Of a stretch of 26,011 bases of DNA, positions 25,479-26,011 are shown piece by piece. Below the pieces are notes generated by a model. The model saw only the letters and a list, made by a program, of their open reading frames with translations. It did no database searches and was not told the DNA's origin. Each line of letters opens with the position of its first letter. The first letter of the stretch is position 1. Made by a program: the position numbers and the translations under genes. Location of the stretch: positions 1 through 26,011 of the forward strand of contig DATHQQ010000423.1 of the NCBI GenBank assembly GCA_035482595.1, written 5' to 3'. The stretch is from Verrucomicrobiia bacterium (GTDB taxonomy: Bacteria; Pseudomonadota; Alphaproteobacteria; Dongiales; Dongiaceae).

Positions 25479-26011
25479 ATGCAAGAGGCACGACTGACGG
25501 GGGGGCCCGGTTCGAGGATTCCCGCCACGGCGCTGATATGGAGTCTGCCATGGATCGGGCTGATTTTTGCCTTCATGTCGACATCATCGCCAAGCTTCGC
25601 CGCTGCGCCCGTCAGCGCCAGCATCGTCGTCGATGAGGCGAGCGGGCAGGTTCTCTCCCAGTCCAATGCGGATGTGCTGACTTATCCGGCCTCGCTGACG
25701 AAGATGATGACGCTCTACCTCACCTTCGAGGCGTTGCAGAAGGGCAAGATCACGCTGAACGAGGCGCTGCCGGTCTCCGCCAATGCCGCCAGCCAGCCGC
25801 CGACAAAGCTCGGCCTCTATCCTGGCGAGACGATCACGGTCGCGCTTGCGATCCGCGGCATGATCATCAAATCGGCGAATGACGCCGCCATGGTCATGGG
25901 CGAGGCGCTGGGCGGCAGCGTCGAAGGCTTTGCCCAGAAGATGAACGCCAAGGCCCAGGCGCTGGGGATGACCCGGACCCTGTTTCGCAATCCCAACGGC
26001 CTGCCCGACCC
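25479..26011 (+). CDS. D-alanyl-D-alanine carboxypeptidase (PBP5/peptidase S11 family), 3'-truncated by window edge
   Basis: Absent from the ORF track because there is no stop in the window. Hand translation from ATG 25479: MQEARLTGGPGSRIPATALIWSLPWIGLIFAFMS...ASIVVDEASGQVL..NAD..TYPASLTKMMT (SxxK)...IIKSANDAA (SxN)...MNAKAQALGMTRTLFRNPNGLP. Confidence 0.95.
   Translation, partial: MQEARLTGGPGSRIPATALIWSLPWIGLIFAFMSTSSPSFAAAPVSASIVVDEASGQVLSQSNADVLTYPASLTKMMTLYLTFEALQKGKITLNEALPVSANAASQPPTKLGLYPGETITVALAIRGMIIKSANDAAMVMGEALGGSVEGFAQKMNAKAQALGMTRTLFRNPNGLPD

Noticed and set aside
1-26011. Mobile elements, tRNA/rRNA genes, defence systems
   Set aside because: No transposase, integrase, terminal inverted repeats, tRNA cloverleaf or recognisable defence-gene motifs seen.

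Overview
High-GC alphaproteobacterial chromosome segment (taxon inferred from gene content and order). The left end holds the 3' ~3.1 kb of a very large, Cys-rich protein whose visible motifs resemble the beta-helix region of G8-domain/CEMIP-TMEM2-like proteins. It is followed by a compact four-gene minor pseudopilin operon (gspH-I-J-K) with none of the other type II secretion genes beside it. The rest is mostly housekeeping: Asp/Glu racemase, aroQ-accB-accC-aat, then DUF2155, a 77-aa hypothetical, mlaD and an NDUFA12-family gene on the minus strand, a DMT transporter, and class II ribonucleotide reductase nrdJ with NrdR boxes and a His-rich insertion. Further right are a secreted ~21-TPR NlpI-like protein, a RidA-family protein, a Sel1/TPR protein, a FemAB-like GNAT, clpA-clpS, a phasin with PhaR-type sites and the start of a D-Ala-D-Ala carboxypeptidase. 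I found no rRNA, tRNA, CRISPR array, IS element or intein. The best candidate for an undescribed system is the CEMIP/TMEM2-like giant protein plus orphan gspHIJK module. All family calls come from motif recognition by eye, not database searches.
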